DNA of 64,000 bases from Stegostoma tigrinum (GCF_030684315.1 NC_081390.1:12400001-12464000), one strand, 5' to 3'. Shown: positions 1 through 12,862, numbered from the stretch's first letter. Numbers and translations: made by a program. The notes: generated from the sequence alone by a model not told the origin.

Positions 1-379
1 TCAGCATGGACTGGTTGGACCAAACAGTCTGCTTCCATGCTGTATGATTCTATGACCTGGCATGTAAGAGGATTTGAGGGTTAGGGCATATCAGTACGAT
101 CTTGTTGAATGATGTGACAGGTTTGAGGGGCCAAGTGGCCTACTCCCGCTCCCCTTTCTCATGTTCTTATGCTCTATGTGGAATATATTATATTTGGCAT
201 AGACTGGCTGGACCTAAGGATCTGTTTTCATGCTGTCTGACTCCATAATATGCTGCTTTTATTTTTGTTATAGTAATACATCTGTTAACAACTCAGGATG
301 TTAAAGATTCTTAAATGCAACTTGTTATTATTGACTGATTTGCATTGATTTTGGTTTTTACTTTTACAAAAACCCGTTC

Positions 380-665
380 ATATCCTCAGGGTTGCCCAAA
401 GTACTTTCCAGCCAATTAAATAATTTTGTGAGAAGTTGTGGGCGCTGTTGGCTTGTAAGCTTAGCGAATGAATGATAGGTTGCATCAACTCCTCACACTT
501 CTATTTATTGCAGCAGAAGCTTTCAGACAGGATTACTCCACTGCTCCTCAAGTCAAGTAGTGCCATAAGATCTTTCATGTTCACCTGAGAAGGGCCTCCT
601 CAGTACTGCATTCAGGTGGCAGCCTCGATTACCTGCTTAGGCTCCAGAGTTGGCCTTGAACCTAT
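380..665 (-). mobile_element. Deu-domain SINE, degenerate
   Basis: Reverse-complement similarity to the 8170-8620 copy (TAGTGCCATAAGATCTTT...CTCAGTACTGCA). Confidence 0.5.
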
Positions 666-2874
666 CAGTGGCACCTCAAACACAAGGTGGATTGTGGAAT
701 GATGTCGATATGTCACTTTGTCCCTTATGTCACAGGATTAACAAAACCATCAGTTAAATATTACATCAGATGTAACCATTGAGCTCAGAAATGGAAATCA
801 CCTGACATAAGTATCTCCAATTCACCCAAGTGGGATATATGACTGTAATGGCGTAAACTTGACAGAAATGCTCCCCATCTACCTGCATGAGCACCAATTT
901 AAATACCCACCTCTCAGTCTTAGAACCAGGAGTGTAGGATCACAGTAACCTCTCACTGGCATCTCCAAATAACATTCAATTACCGGAGGTCCTTGTTCCT
1001 CCAAGGCTGTGACTCACAAGTGATAGATGTGGCTGGATTGGAGCAGTACTGTTTCTGTCAATGACTGTAATGGTGTAATGTAGCCCTGCTCTGGAGACTG
1101 GATGGTTCACATGCTTCTTTGAAAGAACTCATGTTTACATAATAGCCTATAATGGTACTGCTGGTTTAGGAGTTCAAAGCATTGGTTACACCACTGCATC
1201 TAGATGCTGTGCAATAGGTCAGCTAGTCTCATTGCAAAGCTCAGCTTCTATCCAGTGATAGCTTTAAGATAATGCACCAAATGCATGGAGCATCTGGAAT
1301 CCACCCCAGACTGTACAAGTTAAACTATGATACAGCTTCTGGTAATGTGAACACTCTGACCTCATGTGGCTTGTCATTTACAAGCCAGTTATATATTGCT
1401 CAGCTTTCTTTGTGATTTCATGGAGATTCCTGGTGTCCTCTTGCCACTCTTGCGCCCCTCCCCATACCACACATGGCCTGAATAAGCCGGGGGTCTCCTC
1501 TTGGCTTCGCTTCCAACATTATGACAATTCAATCCATATGTCCGAGTGTTCTTTTTCTATTCCAGCTCTAAAGTTGCCACTCAGAAAGTTACCATCCTAA
1601 ACTATTCGAAGTTAACTTTCTGCTTCTTTCCAGTAGCAATGTCATGACAAGATTGTGGTTGTGTTTTAAATGATGCAAACAGTTGGAGATTGGCATTGTT
1701 GGTGCCTCAGTGACTGTCTCTATGGATGGCCAAGTCACTGTTGGGCCCCCTCAGCGATTGCAAGCCACTGATACAGAAGAATTTTAAACGAAAGAAAGTT
1801 CCACCTAGAATTAACAAATTTTGTGCTTCCTGCAATGCCTAACATGGTATAAGATTCAATTCACCTGAGTGAGGCCCTGCCTTCAAAATGCTAACATCCT
1901 GAAAGTCAACACTGGCTGTGTTTGTTTGCAGGACAGTTCCCTTTTCATAGGCACAGAGATTGTGTGTGAAGAAGTAGCCTATTCTCAAAGATGTTTGCCA
2001 TCATTTTCATTCAAATGATTCACAGGAGGACTGGACGCACTTATTAAGAGAAAATTTTTAGTTGATAAACCCAGATTCTGCTTTATCATTAACACTGGTT
2101 ACCACTTGGAAATGCAATGAGGAAAGCTTTATATTAGGAAAACAAGAAGTGAGTACCTCCTGTCCTGGTTGCACAGTTTCTTGGTCGATGACATTTATTT
2201 GCCTAATCACAAAACATGACAGTTGAAACTGGAATATTACTCTTATGTGTGTTCTGGGGCACAGATTCCCAATTGTATACAAAATACCACTTTTCCTCCA
2301 GGAGGTTAAATTGCTAAAATCTGTCAGACCCTACTGAACTGTGATGGGCTTAAAATCATTTAGTGAAACATTATAAATAGTAAGAGGAGACTTCATTATT
2401 CCTATCAGGCCATTTTTCTTGCAACTTAACCAATTCCGTGCCTTTGCTAACTTGATACAAACGCTCAAATTTCTCTTCGTGCAGAGTTTCACCACAGTTA
2501 TGTTTGACTGTAATGGGATCATTATCAAAGGGAAAATTGGAGTCAGGACAGTGCAACATGCTTTCTGAAATTAACAACAGGCTTGGATAGCCTCTTCAAA
2601 TCAACACAGAATGGAAAGCCAAAAAGAAACAATGTGTGGAAAATGCACAGATTGAAAGACCAACCATAACGTGTGTGAATGAAAAAGACATTCCAGTGCA
2701 TTCTGAGGAAAGCTGCTGATGAGTTTGCCTTCAAATGCTTTAGCACCAGCCTCCCGGGGTGATACATAAACAGTGTACAGGGTAAATGTCATTCACAGCT
2801 CAACAGGTTTATCCATAGAATCCACCAAAAAGTAGGCTCAAGCACAAAACATGTATAGGAATTCTTCCTGGAAC

Positions 2875-3255
2875 TTTGGAGTCTGAGGGGGGACCTCATA
2901 GAAGTTTATAAAATCTTGAAGGCCATAGAGGGAGAATAGGTCTTTTCTCTGAGGGTACAGGAATCCAAAACCAGAGGGCATAGGTAAGAGGGGAAAAATA
3001 TAATAGGAGCCTAAGGGGCAACTTTTTCTTGCAGATGGTGGTGCATGTGTAGAATGAGCTGCCAGAGGAGGAGGTAGAGGCTGGTATAATTACAATATTT
3101 AAAGGGCATCTGGATGGGTACATGAATAAGAAGGGTTTGAGGGATATGGGCCAAATGCTGGCAAATGGGACCAGATTTATTTAGGATATCTGGTTGGCTT
3201 GGACAAGTGAGACCGAAGGGTCTGTTTCTATGCTGTATATTTCTATGACTCTATG
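2875..3255 (+). mobile_element. CR1/HER1-type LINE 3' fragment
   Basis: LRGDLIEVYKI-like end of ORF2, followed by a 3'UTR ending CTATGACTCTATG. Confidence 0.85.
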
Positions 3256-3394
3256 TCTGTCCCTGAAAAGCACAATGGTGAGCTTAAGTTTATTGCTTTG
3301 GAGAATCAAAATTACACAGACCCATCAAATAGAGAATCACCGAGAAAGTGACATTCCCAGCCTAAATATTGCAGATATTGGAAATCGGAAATTT

Positions 3395-3680
3395 GAAAAG
3401 AACAAAAAGTGCTGGAGAAGCTCAGAATCTGTGGAGAGAGAAATGGAAAAAAAACACTTCAAGTCCCATTGTTCTTCACAAATAAACATAAACAGAAATT
3501 TGGTGTTTCTGACAAAGGGTTTGAGTCACGTGACCCGTCTATAGAAACACCAAATTTCTATTGCTGTTTGATTTTGAAAAAGTCACACCAGGCTCGAAAC
3601 ATTAAGTCTATTTCTCTCTTCACAGATGCTGCCAGGCCAGCTGAGTTTCTCCAGCACTTTCTGCCTTTATTCCCAGTTTA
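3395..3680. mobile_element. Penelope-like short repeat, inverted pair
   Basis: The arms AAAGTGCTGGAGAAGCTCAG...TCTGTGGAGAGAGAAA and TTTCTCTCTTCACAGATGCTGCC...CTGAGTTTCTCCAGCACTTT are reverse complements. A separate hairpin sits in the centre. Confidence 0.7.
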
Positions 3681-3729
3681 AAACTGTTGCTTTACTTCTT
3701 CACTTAAAACATGCACAATTCTTGTTAAT

Positions 3730-3880
3730 AACAAAATACTGGGAATGTGAAATTGCTGGGGTAACTCAGCAGGTCTGGCAGCATCAGTGGAGAGAGAAAC
3801 AGAATCAAGGTTTGGAACTTGATATGGCACCTTTTCAGTTCAGACTGGTTTGGAGTTTCTCCAGCATTTCTGCTTTCAAT
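3730..3880. mobile_element. Penelope-like short repeat, degenerate inverted pair
   Basis: ACTCAGCAGGTCTGGCAGCATC arm followed by a truncated inverted arm GAGTTTCTCCAGCATTTCTG. Confidence 0.6.
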
Positions 3881-4319
3881 TTACATTCTTATAACGCCAT
3901 CTATGCTCCATTTATCCTTATTTATGCTTTATCCATGTCAATTCGTCGGGTGTGTAAAGGTGTGTTTGTCCTAGCCCAGGCTCATACAGTCTTATAATAA
4001 TAGATTGTAATATTAGGAGAGAATTTAGAGACAAGTTTGATGACATTGAAATGCTTTTTCAGATATTACAGTAATATAATAATATCAAAGATCACTGTGG
4101 GCAGTGCAGTGAATCAAACAATTTAAATGACTCCTTTTAACATGTACAAACCAAGGAAAAGCTCAGATTTATATCCGTATAATTAAAAATATTCCACCTG
4201 ACATGTACATCACACTTCAAAGAGTCACACATGTGGAATGTTTGTCATATTCTCCGATATGCTTGCTCATAAGATTTGTCTTTTATTATGAAATGCTTTT
4301 AAAAGTCGGCAAATATTCA

Positions 4320-4520
4320 GTGAAAACAAAAAGTGCTGGAAATCACAGCGGGTCAAACAGCGTTCATGGAGAGAGAGCAAGCTAACATTTCAGGACTAGA
4401 TGACTCTTCACAGCAGCTGTGATGAAGAGTCATCCAGACATGAAATGTTAGTTTGCTGCCTGACCTGCAATGATTTCCAGTATTTTTCTTTTCAATACAG
4501 ATTCCAGCAGTTGCAGTAAT
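4320..4520. mobile_element. Penelope-like short repeat, inverted pair
   Basis: Central palindrome GATGACTCTTCACAGC-A-GCTGTGATGAAGAGTCATC with a degenerate hammerhead core, flanked by the family arms. Confidence 0.65.
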
Positions 4521-5454
4521 TCACTCCTACCAGCACTCGGTGCCTGTCATCCTCCCAGACAGGATAGGAACCCACATTGAACCACTACCAAACAGCTACA
4601 GAGACCAGTCAGCATAAGTTGATAAACTGTCTCTGGCAAGCTACTTGTGAGAAGCAGCAAAGAAGCTAACAAAATGGCCAAATTTTTTTTTAGAAAATAG
4701 TTTTGCCTGCCATCTTATTAAAATACCAACATACAAAATGCTAAAAATAAAGTTTGTAAAATAAACAATGGAAAACTTAAGTGGTGCAGAAGAAAATTTT
4801 AACTCATAATTTTTCCTATATTGTCTTGGAAATCTGACCAATTTTTTCATAGCCAGATCATTCTCTTGGAGCAAGTTTTTTTTTGTTGTTGAAGCTATTT
4901 TGTTCACTTCAGCCTTCTCTCCTAATCCTTTTTGGTTCTCTCTCCATGTTAAGGCTGAAGGCTTTTATTCCTGATTTCCCTGCTTTGCCAATTTACTCTT
5001 GATAGCAATAACCCAAAGCAGTTCCATAATGGAATATATCCAATGTTCTTTATTAAAGCAAAGTTCTCTATAAAAAGTTCTGCAAAAACTCTCACCCGTA
5101 CAATGCTTACAATCACAAGTGAACCCATCTACATGAAATTGTCTGAAGATCAGACCAGAACTGGTGATCAACCCATTCCATCTGAACTCCTCACTGTTGA
5201 TTAATTGACCTGTTCTCTGAGTGGGTTAAATTTTTACTCAGTGGTAAGCTGCTTCATACTCTTTCCATTCAAGGAAGTTGTGGAAGCAAAGCCTTTGACG
5301 CTATCCATTCTCCAGAAAATGACCAGTTTAACCACTGGCAAACATTACAATTGTGTCATATTTTCCATGTCAGTTTGATCAATGAATTCATCAAGAATTG
5401 CTTAGTTGTCCTTGTGAACTAAAAAGGCTCATCTCTTGCCTTTAATGCTCAATT

Positions 5455-5980
5455 GAATGATTGATTGTCACACATACCAAATTACAGCGTAAAGCTTTGT
5501 CTGCGAGCAGTACAGGCCGAACAATAGTAAGCAAGGATGTACAGATCAAAAAGGCTTATACAGAGACATACAAGTTACATTGCACAGAGTGTGTGCTAGG
5601 TGAGATCAACATTAGCAAGATCAGCATTATTTGAGGCTAGACAGCCCATTCATCGATCTAATAATGGTGGGGAAGAAGCTGTTCCCAAAACTGTTGGTGC
5701 ATGTGTTCAGGCTTCTGTATTTCTGCCTGACAGAAGAGGTTGTTGTAGATCATTACCAGTCTGCAATGGGTCTTTGATGATGTTGGCAACCTTTCTGTGG
5801 AAGCAATCCGTGTAAATGGAGTCCATGGATCAAAGGTTGGCTTCCATGATGGTTTGGGCTATATACAGCCTTCTGCAGTTTCTTACGATCCTGGGCAGAG
5901 CAGTTGCCGTACCGGGCCATATGCACCCAGGCAGTATGCTTTCAATTGTGCATCTGTAGATGTTGGTGAGGGTCCTAATG
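5455..5980 (-). mobile_element. Rex1/Babar-like LINE 3' fragment
   Basis: The minus frame TLTNIYRCTIESILPGCI.. resembles the Rex1/Babar ORF C-terminal motif; it is frameshifted. Confidence 0.65.
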
Positions 5981-6859
5981 AACTTTGATATAAAATCTAA
6001 CTTGTGCTCACCGTTCACCAATTTTATGTCATCCAATCAATTGTATGATATCTACACAGCACAATTCCATGACTGTCACAAATCTACCTGATAAATAGCC
6101 CACATTATCATGTCTGATTCATTGAGTCTGTTTTAAACAGAACTTTTCCAGAGTTACTGTGGCACTTCAGTCCATTACTGCTGAGTTAAAAGGCTGGATG
6201 TAAACAAACATGCAAATTCCTTCAGCCTGATACAAACACTTCAAAAAAACAGTGAGCTCTTCCTAATCTTAGGAAATCACCAGGTTTTGCATGTTATCTC
6301 ATCATTTAATTCTAATTTAGTTTCAGCTAAACTAGCAAAATGTAGCTTAATATCTATAGCAATAAATAAATAGCAGTGTTTGTAGTGTGCACACATGTTG
6401 TGTAATATAAATAATTACAGAAACAGCGTTTTCTATGATGGTCTGCCTGACAAAGCATTTCAGCAACCAACAGGAATGTTAATTATAAGAAGGAAGTCGC
6501 AATTATTTAGCTTTGGAAGGAGATTCTGAATGTAATTGCTGATATTAACCATATTAATCCAGGGTGTGATAAAAAATAAAGCAGTTCTCCAGGGGGGTCA
6601 CGGAAAGCAAAATTACAGATTTTTATTGAGGTTGTCTGCATTCATCTACACTGTAATGTTACTCACACACAGTATGGACTCATAGATTAATTTGAGATGA
6701 ACAATTTTACCTTAACACACAACAGAGAGTGAAGACTATTCTTGGTACACAGTTGAGTTGAGAGGTAAGGTGGCTTTTTCCTTTTCTGTCAACATACATG
6801 GAACTACACAACGCCTTATAAGACAGCTGGCATATCTGGACAGGACAATCAAATGCCCA

Positions 6860-7010
6860 ACATAGAACATAGAACATAGAACAATACAGCGCAGAACAGG
6901 CCCTTCGGCCTTCAATGTTGCGCCAACCTGTGAACTAATCTAAGCCCATCGCCCTACACTATCCCATCATCATCCACATGCTTATCCAAGGACTGTTTAA
7001 ATGCCCCTAA
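6860..7010 (-). mobile_element. Young CR1-type LINE 3' end
   Basis: (AACATAG)n tail; near-identical to 21045-21190. Confidence 0.8.
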
Positions 7011-8169
7011 CATATTTTGGAACATTTCTTTGAGAAGGCATTAAAACACAACAAATGTATCCAATTGGTTCCAGAAACCCATTCATAATAAACTTGCAGA
7101 CTTTGAGGGGAATTCCAAACAAAGAAGGTGAAAAGAGTCTCATTTTGTCACAAGGTGGAATTCAAACACTGCTGTCAATGGCCAAACATCAGAAACCTTT
7201 GGATAGGACAATTGAAAACAGATACTGTGGTCACACAACAAATCAAGAACATTTAATGAGATACAGTTTTGGCGGCAATAGGGAGACACATTTTTGATGG
7301 CAATAGGAAGACAGAAAGGAGAAGAGTTCCAGTCCAGCAAAAGAACATGGCCCTGCCTGAAATCCATGAGGAGACAGAGAATTTGGACTGGCTTTTATGT
7401 TTTAATTTGAAGAACAAATTATATTTGCAACTGTGAATCTATCTTCAGAAATTTCTTACCTCCTTGTTCAGTTGACCGAATGGATATTCCAGGACTGCAA
7501 TGCTTTAAAGACCTCATAATTGAAATATGTAAATGTGGCAGTGAATTTTTGGATTTTAAGAGACAACCAGATGTGGAATAGTAAGCATTTGTCTTTGCAA
7601 ACAAAATCACAAGAAAACTTGTCATACATGTACTTGAGAGTTACAGTATTCAGGGGACTGAAATACTCCTCCTTTGAACACCTCTATCTCTGTGAGTTCA
7701 TAAGTATAAAAAGCCAACTCCTAAACCAGTTGTGCATTCTGTCCATCTGACATTTTAGTTAAGTAGGTATTGTGACCAGTCTCTCTGAAAATGTTTGGAA
7801 GGAAAAGTAATTGTTATCATTTTTATTCAAAACATTGAATTTCAATCTTGAACCTTCAACAACCTGAAAATAAATTTGAAGGCAAGACATGAATGTTTAA
7901 TGGTTTGTTTAAAATTGAAAAAAATTAGATTAATACTGACATAGAAACAGCCAGAAGTGGAGCCTATTTTTACTTTACGAAAATGTATGCTCAGTTTTGT
8001 TCAGTTAGTCATATTTGGTTTAGAATACATTTTAGACTGTCCTTCACGTCGGGTATAATACGAGGCCACTGCAGGCTCTACTTGGATGAGTCATTGATTG
8101 CTACTGCCATGTTAGTAAGAGAATAAGAACCTAACTCTGAGAGGCTGATCCAGTTTCAGTGGTCTATGT

Positions 8170-8620
8170 AAATGGTTCAGTTACCAGTGCTTTCAACTCC
8201 CATAATCTAGGACTTAAACCCAAAATTCCATGTTGACAGTCTAACACAATACCGATGGAGTGTTGGACTGTTGGAAGTGCTGTCTTCTGGACAAGAAGTT
8301 AGTGTGAGACCTGTTTGCTTTCTGAGCTGGATGCAAAGGAACTCTACACTATTTAAGAAAAGAAATTGAGAGGCCTGTCTTGTGATCAAGACAATACTTA
8401 TCCTTCAACTAGCATCAGAAGAACAGACATCTGGGCATTACTCGGGTTAAAAATACTGGTTCAGCAATACTGGTACATTTTTAAAAAACTCACATTGCTG
8501 CTCACCAGAGTTTGCTGTATGCAAATTGGCTGCTGTGTTTCCTACATTTTATCAGTGACTACACTTCTGAGTTATTTCATTGGCTATAAGGTGTTTTGAG
8601 ATGGCTGGTGATCATAGTAT
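8170..8620 (+). mobile_element. Deu-domain SINE (SacSINE1/AmnSINE1-like), degenerate
   Basis: Resembles the Deu core (...GGAAGTGCTGTCTT...CAATACTTATCCTTCAAC...GCAAATTGGCTGCTGTGTTTCCTACATT), recognised from memory of the family rather than by alignment. Confidence 0.6.
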
Positions 8621-8766
8621 AGCAATCGGCATATTTTTAAGTCATTTGCTCTTCATGATCGGTATGTCAGTTAAACAGAAGTACAATATTGAGCTTTACA
8701 CTGCACAACACATCCAGGGCAGAATGGTTTATGTTGGACAATATGAAATGGTGTGCATTATGACAC

Positions 8767-8894
8767 AGAGATAACGGGAACTGCAGATGCTGGAGAATCC
8801 AAGATAACAAAGTATGGAGCTGGATGAACACAACAGGCCAAGCAGCATCTCAGGAGCACAAAAGCTGACGTTTCGGGCCTAGACCATCAGAAAA
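8767..8894 (-). mobile_element. Penelope-like short repeat, single arm with 13-bp TSD
   Basis: TGCATTATGACAC is duplicated at 8754-8766 and 8895-8907. The minus strand has CUGAUG..GUCUAGGCCCGAAACGUCAG, a hammerhead core with a small deletion. Confidence 0.75.
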
Positions 8895-9967
8895 TGCATT
8901 ATGACACCAGCTTGCTTCACCCTAAGGAAGTTAATATTCTAAAAGCCCCCTAAAATTGTGGAATATATTGAAAACACAAATATTCATTCTAAAGTCTGAA
9001 TACTTTCAAAGGAAGTCAAAGTCACAAGCAAAGGGAGCTTGTGACGCCGATACGTATGCACACATTTTCAATATAGATTGTTGATATTGAGTAAAGCCAA
9101 TGTGAATTGGGTCATCACCTGTTTTTTGCAGCCATTAACCCAGATCTATCTGTCTACCAATGTGAACATTAAACATCACATAGCACTATCAGAACATGAG
9201 TTTTTCCAATATCCTCAAGCAAATTATCCGATCACTTATCTCATCACTGGATATAGGATCTGGCTGACATTTTACCATATCACAGCTCATGCCATCATTT
9301 CAGCAGTTCTGTCAAATGCTTTGACATGTCTTGACATCAAAAAATGTGCTTTACAAGTACTGGCTTTCTCTTTCTTTGTGTTTAGAATTCTGTAACTAGA
9401 TTGCCTTTATTTGTTGTAAATGCATGAATGTCTTTGAAGTATTGCTTTCATATGTTTTTGGCCCCCAAAGAGTCAGTTGATTTATGCGATAGAAGGTTAA
9501 TTGCGCTTTTGTGAGCCAGCCTACTTTGCAAAATCAGTGACGTGCCACTCAAATATTCATTTCACTGCAGGAAGTCAACATTAACCAATCAAAATGCCTC
9601 AAAATGCCCAGATGACTGACATAGAGTCACACATAAAACAACATTTTCTCAAGTGGCACTTGACCCTCTTACATAATTGGTTGATTATATGGTGGGCATT
9701 CATTGTTGGCAACAATTAATCAAAATTACAGCAACATTCAAATTCTGCAGATGCTGGAAATCTGAAATAGAAAGAGAGAATGTTGGAAATCTTCGACAGT
9801 AGATAGCATAACTGGAGAAAGAAACAGGGTTAACTGGGCCAATTTGAGCTCCATGTAAGTGAATGGATTTTGCATGATTTAGAATATTGACTAAATCTTC
9901 AGGTCAATGCACCTTTGGAATTGGAAAACAATGCAGCTGTTTTAAATTTGAGGAATGCCTTCATTAA

Positions 9968-10288
9968 ATTCCCTACTATGTGGAAGCAGACCATTCAGCC
10001 CATCGAGTCCACGCCAACCCTTCAAACAACAGCCCTGCCCCAACGCCATACTTCCCATGGCTAATCCACTAGCCTGCACATCCCTGGATACTACGGATGA
10101 TGTAGCATGGCCAATCCACCTAACCTGCTCATCTTTGGATCTTGGGAGGAAACTGGAGCACCTGATGGAAACTCACGCAGACATGGGGAGAATGTACAAA
10201 CTCCACAAAGTCACCCAAGGCTGGAATTGAATACGGGTCCCTGGTGCTGTGAGGCAGCAGTGTCAAACACTGAGTCACCGTGCCACCC
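9968..10288 (-). mobile_element. HE1-type tRNA-derived V-SINE
   Basis: Reverse strand shows a tRNA-like head (A and B boxes), the central V-domain (GGAGGAAACTGGAGCACC...CACGCAGACATGGGGAGAATGTACAAACTCCACA on +) and a LINE-like 3' tail. Confidence 0.85.
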
Positions 10289-11929
10289 TAACAAAGCTCA
10301 TTAACAAAGTTAGTGTCCAGAGAACAAAGCTTGAGAATTCTGAGGCATAATGCTGATGCAAGGGTGGAATTATGTTAATTCTTTTCAAGGAAATGTGCAT
10401 GTCACTGACTTATGCTGGCTTTGCATTAACACATCACATTTGACGGAATTGTTTATGGCACTTCCAAGCATTGTCTGCTGAAACTCATGTCACTCGTTTG
10501 TACAGATTGGCCACTTGCAAAAAATCTAGCTCAAACACACTTTATGGATGCATTTGAATTACTTATTGGTGTACATCTGTGCTCATACACTTAGATGTAA
10601 ATTTACCTGATATCTGTGTTTGGAAAACTTCTGGACTTTGATCATGATTGTCTGTTCTACTTCTATCCTTTGAGTTCAGTTTTTGTTTTGGTGAGTCCTG
10701 CACTCAATCGTAGATTCCAAGCTTGAAGATTGTAACTCATTCACTTTTACTCCTGGTGGTGATGTGCCTGTTTTATGCCAGGTTTTTACAGCCTTGCATG
10801 GGTAAACTTTGGAAAATTTCTGAGTAAGTTCTCATCAGCAAGGTTAGTGGAGAAACCTGTTTCCATTTTGCTATAATTTCTGTTTACGTGCAATCCAGGA
10901 AATTACAGACTCTGAACAGAATCTCATTTAGCACAATTGTCAATCAGGCAGAATAATCAATGCTTGAACATAACGAAAATGTTGCAGAGAGCTCCTGCAG
11001 GAAACCACAAGTCAAATGATGCTGCATATAAGCAAAATATGCTGGGCTCCTGGTTAATCATGATGCATTGCACACTCTGATGTGGTGTTCACTAGTGTGG
11101 TGGGGCTTATTGATAACTGTTGTGGGTAAAAGACCTATTTCTTTGTTTGCAGACTGTTCTAGTTAATTACAAGCTGGGCTGCACATTTCCAGACTTTATT
11201 TTGCCAAGTAAGCAATTAAGAGCTTCATGCGTGTAAGTCTAGTGAGTGTGGGTACTTTGATTTTCCTGTGAGTCCCATTGGTCACTCCACTGCATCATAT
11301 GTTCTGCATAAGATTAAAACCAAAAATACACCATTTGGCAGGAAGACTCTGAGGAGTAACAGTTTAACTGCATAAGCCTAAGAAGAGAGCTAGAGAGAGA
11401 TCCATGGGGAAGACAATGAACGAATGTACATCAGTGTCTGTGTGTAGTGTTATTTTGTTTATAAAGTTATGCTATACTATACCTAGACTACTTCAAGATC
11501 ACTTGAGAGGCATCAGACCACCCCTACTCCAACCTAAACAAAACAAAACATAGTGGCAGCAACCTGTCATAAAGTGGAACCAAAGTTATACTGTCCAGAG
11601 GGAAAGCTTGCACTGGAAATCAGGCTTCACTGTTCCATGAGCAGTCACAAATGCACGCTTGGCTAGGATGGCTAACTTTTCTGATTTTGATCACTATTTA
11701 AGATAAAATCAACTCACATTAGGTTTTATCAATAAACAATGAAACCAACCTGCTTAATGATACTAAATTTGTCCTTTAACAAGTAGTAAAATGATTACTA
11801 ATTATGAATTGGCAAATTTCAACTCTTCTGTTATTAAATGCAAACATGCACGCATTCATTCACAAATGTAGCAGGCACAACAGAGAGACAACAGGATGAA
11901 AAAAACAGGAATAAAAACAAACTTCCTCA

Positions 11930-12260
11930 GACCCAAAAGGTTAACTCTGTTTTCTCCTCCACAGGTGCTGCCAGACCTGCTGAGCTTTTCCAGCAAGTTT
12001 GTTTTTGTTCCTGATTTACAGCATCCGCAGTTGTTTTGGTTTTTAGATAACAGGGTGAATTGCAGATGCCAGATAGTTAAAACAAAACCGGAAAAGTGCT
12101 AGAGAAACACAGCAGAACTGGCAGCATTCATGAGGTGAGAAACAGAAATAATATTTCATGTCCAACATGACTTCTTTGGCAAATGTTAAATCTGCTTGTC
12201 TCGCCACAGATGCTGCCAGATCTGCTGAGATTCTCCAGACCATCCTGTTTTTCAACAAGA
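11930..12260. mobile_element. Cluster of Penelope-like short repeats (one arm plus one inverted pair)
   Basis: GCTGCCAGACCTGCTGAG family motif at ~11967 and ~12211; inverted arm at ~12090-12150. Confidence 0.65.
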
Positions 12261-12661
12261 CAGTTTTTGCAGAAATATTATGGCTGGAAAATGTAGGCTA
12301 AATGGAATAAATTCTGTGGATCAAGAACCCAAACCATAAAGATATAATGAGGTGACTTTCTCACAGTAATTTTGGATTCTGGCAACAATATTATGGTGTT
12401 GTTTGTTTCAGTTATGGTCAGTACAGGAGCCGGTCGGTTGGACGTAGTTTTTTGTTTGAGTTAAAAGTTCTTCTTTTCAAGGTCTTTTTTCCTCTGAGAC
12501 AGACAGGGAGGGAGAAAGCATGAGAGAGAGAAAGAGAGAGTGAGTGAGAGATATGTCATGGTTTGCAAGCTTTTCAAGGTTTGAGTCCAACTGTTCTCTT
12601 CTCAGTTCAATGATGAAACTGCAACTTAAATCCAATCCAAATGTTGTTGGGTTAAAACCGA

Positions 12662-12862
12662 CTCAGAGATAGCAGGAACTGCTGATGCTGGAGAATCTGA
12701 GATCACATGGTGTAGAGCCAGATGAATACAGCAGGCCAAGGAGCATCAGAGGAGCAGGGCAGCTGATGTTTCAGGTCTGGACCCTTCTTCAGAAATGCAT
12801 TTCTGAAGAAGGGTCAAGACCTGAAACATCAGCTGTTCATCCAGCTCTACACCTTGTTATCT
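12662..12862. mobile_element. Penelope-like short repeat, inverted pair with perfect central palindrome
   Basis: GACCCTTCTTCAGAAATGCATTTCTGAAGAAGGGTC is self-complementary. CAAATGTTGTTG is duplicated at 12638-12649 and 12863-12874. Confidence 0.75.
12801..12833 (+). ncRNA. Putative minimal hammerhead motif (mirror copy on - strand at 12761-12794)
   Basis: UU CUGAAGA A GGGUC-AA-GACCU GAAAC AUC AG. The core boxes are intact, but stems I and III are weak. Confidence 0.45.

Noticed and set aside
7055-7360. 80-aa ORF
   Set aside because: It looks like a frameshifted 3' remnant of an RTE-like LINE and is too degenerate to call.
9968-10288. tRNA-like A/B boxes here and in other SINE heads
   Set aside because: They are parts of SINEs; no complete cloverleaf tRNA gene is seen.
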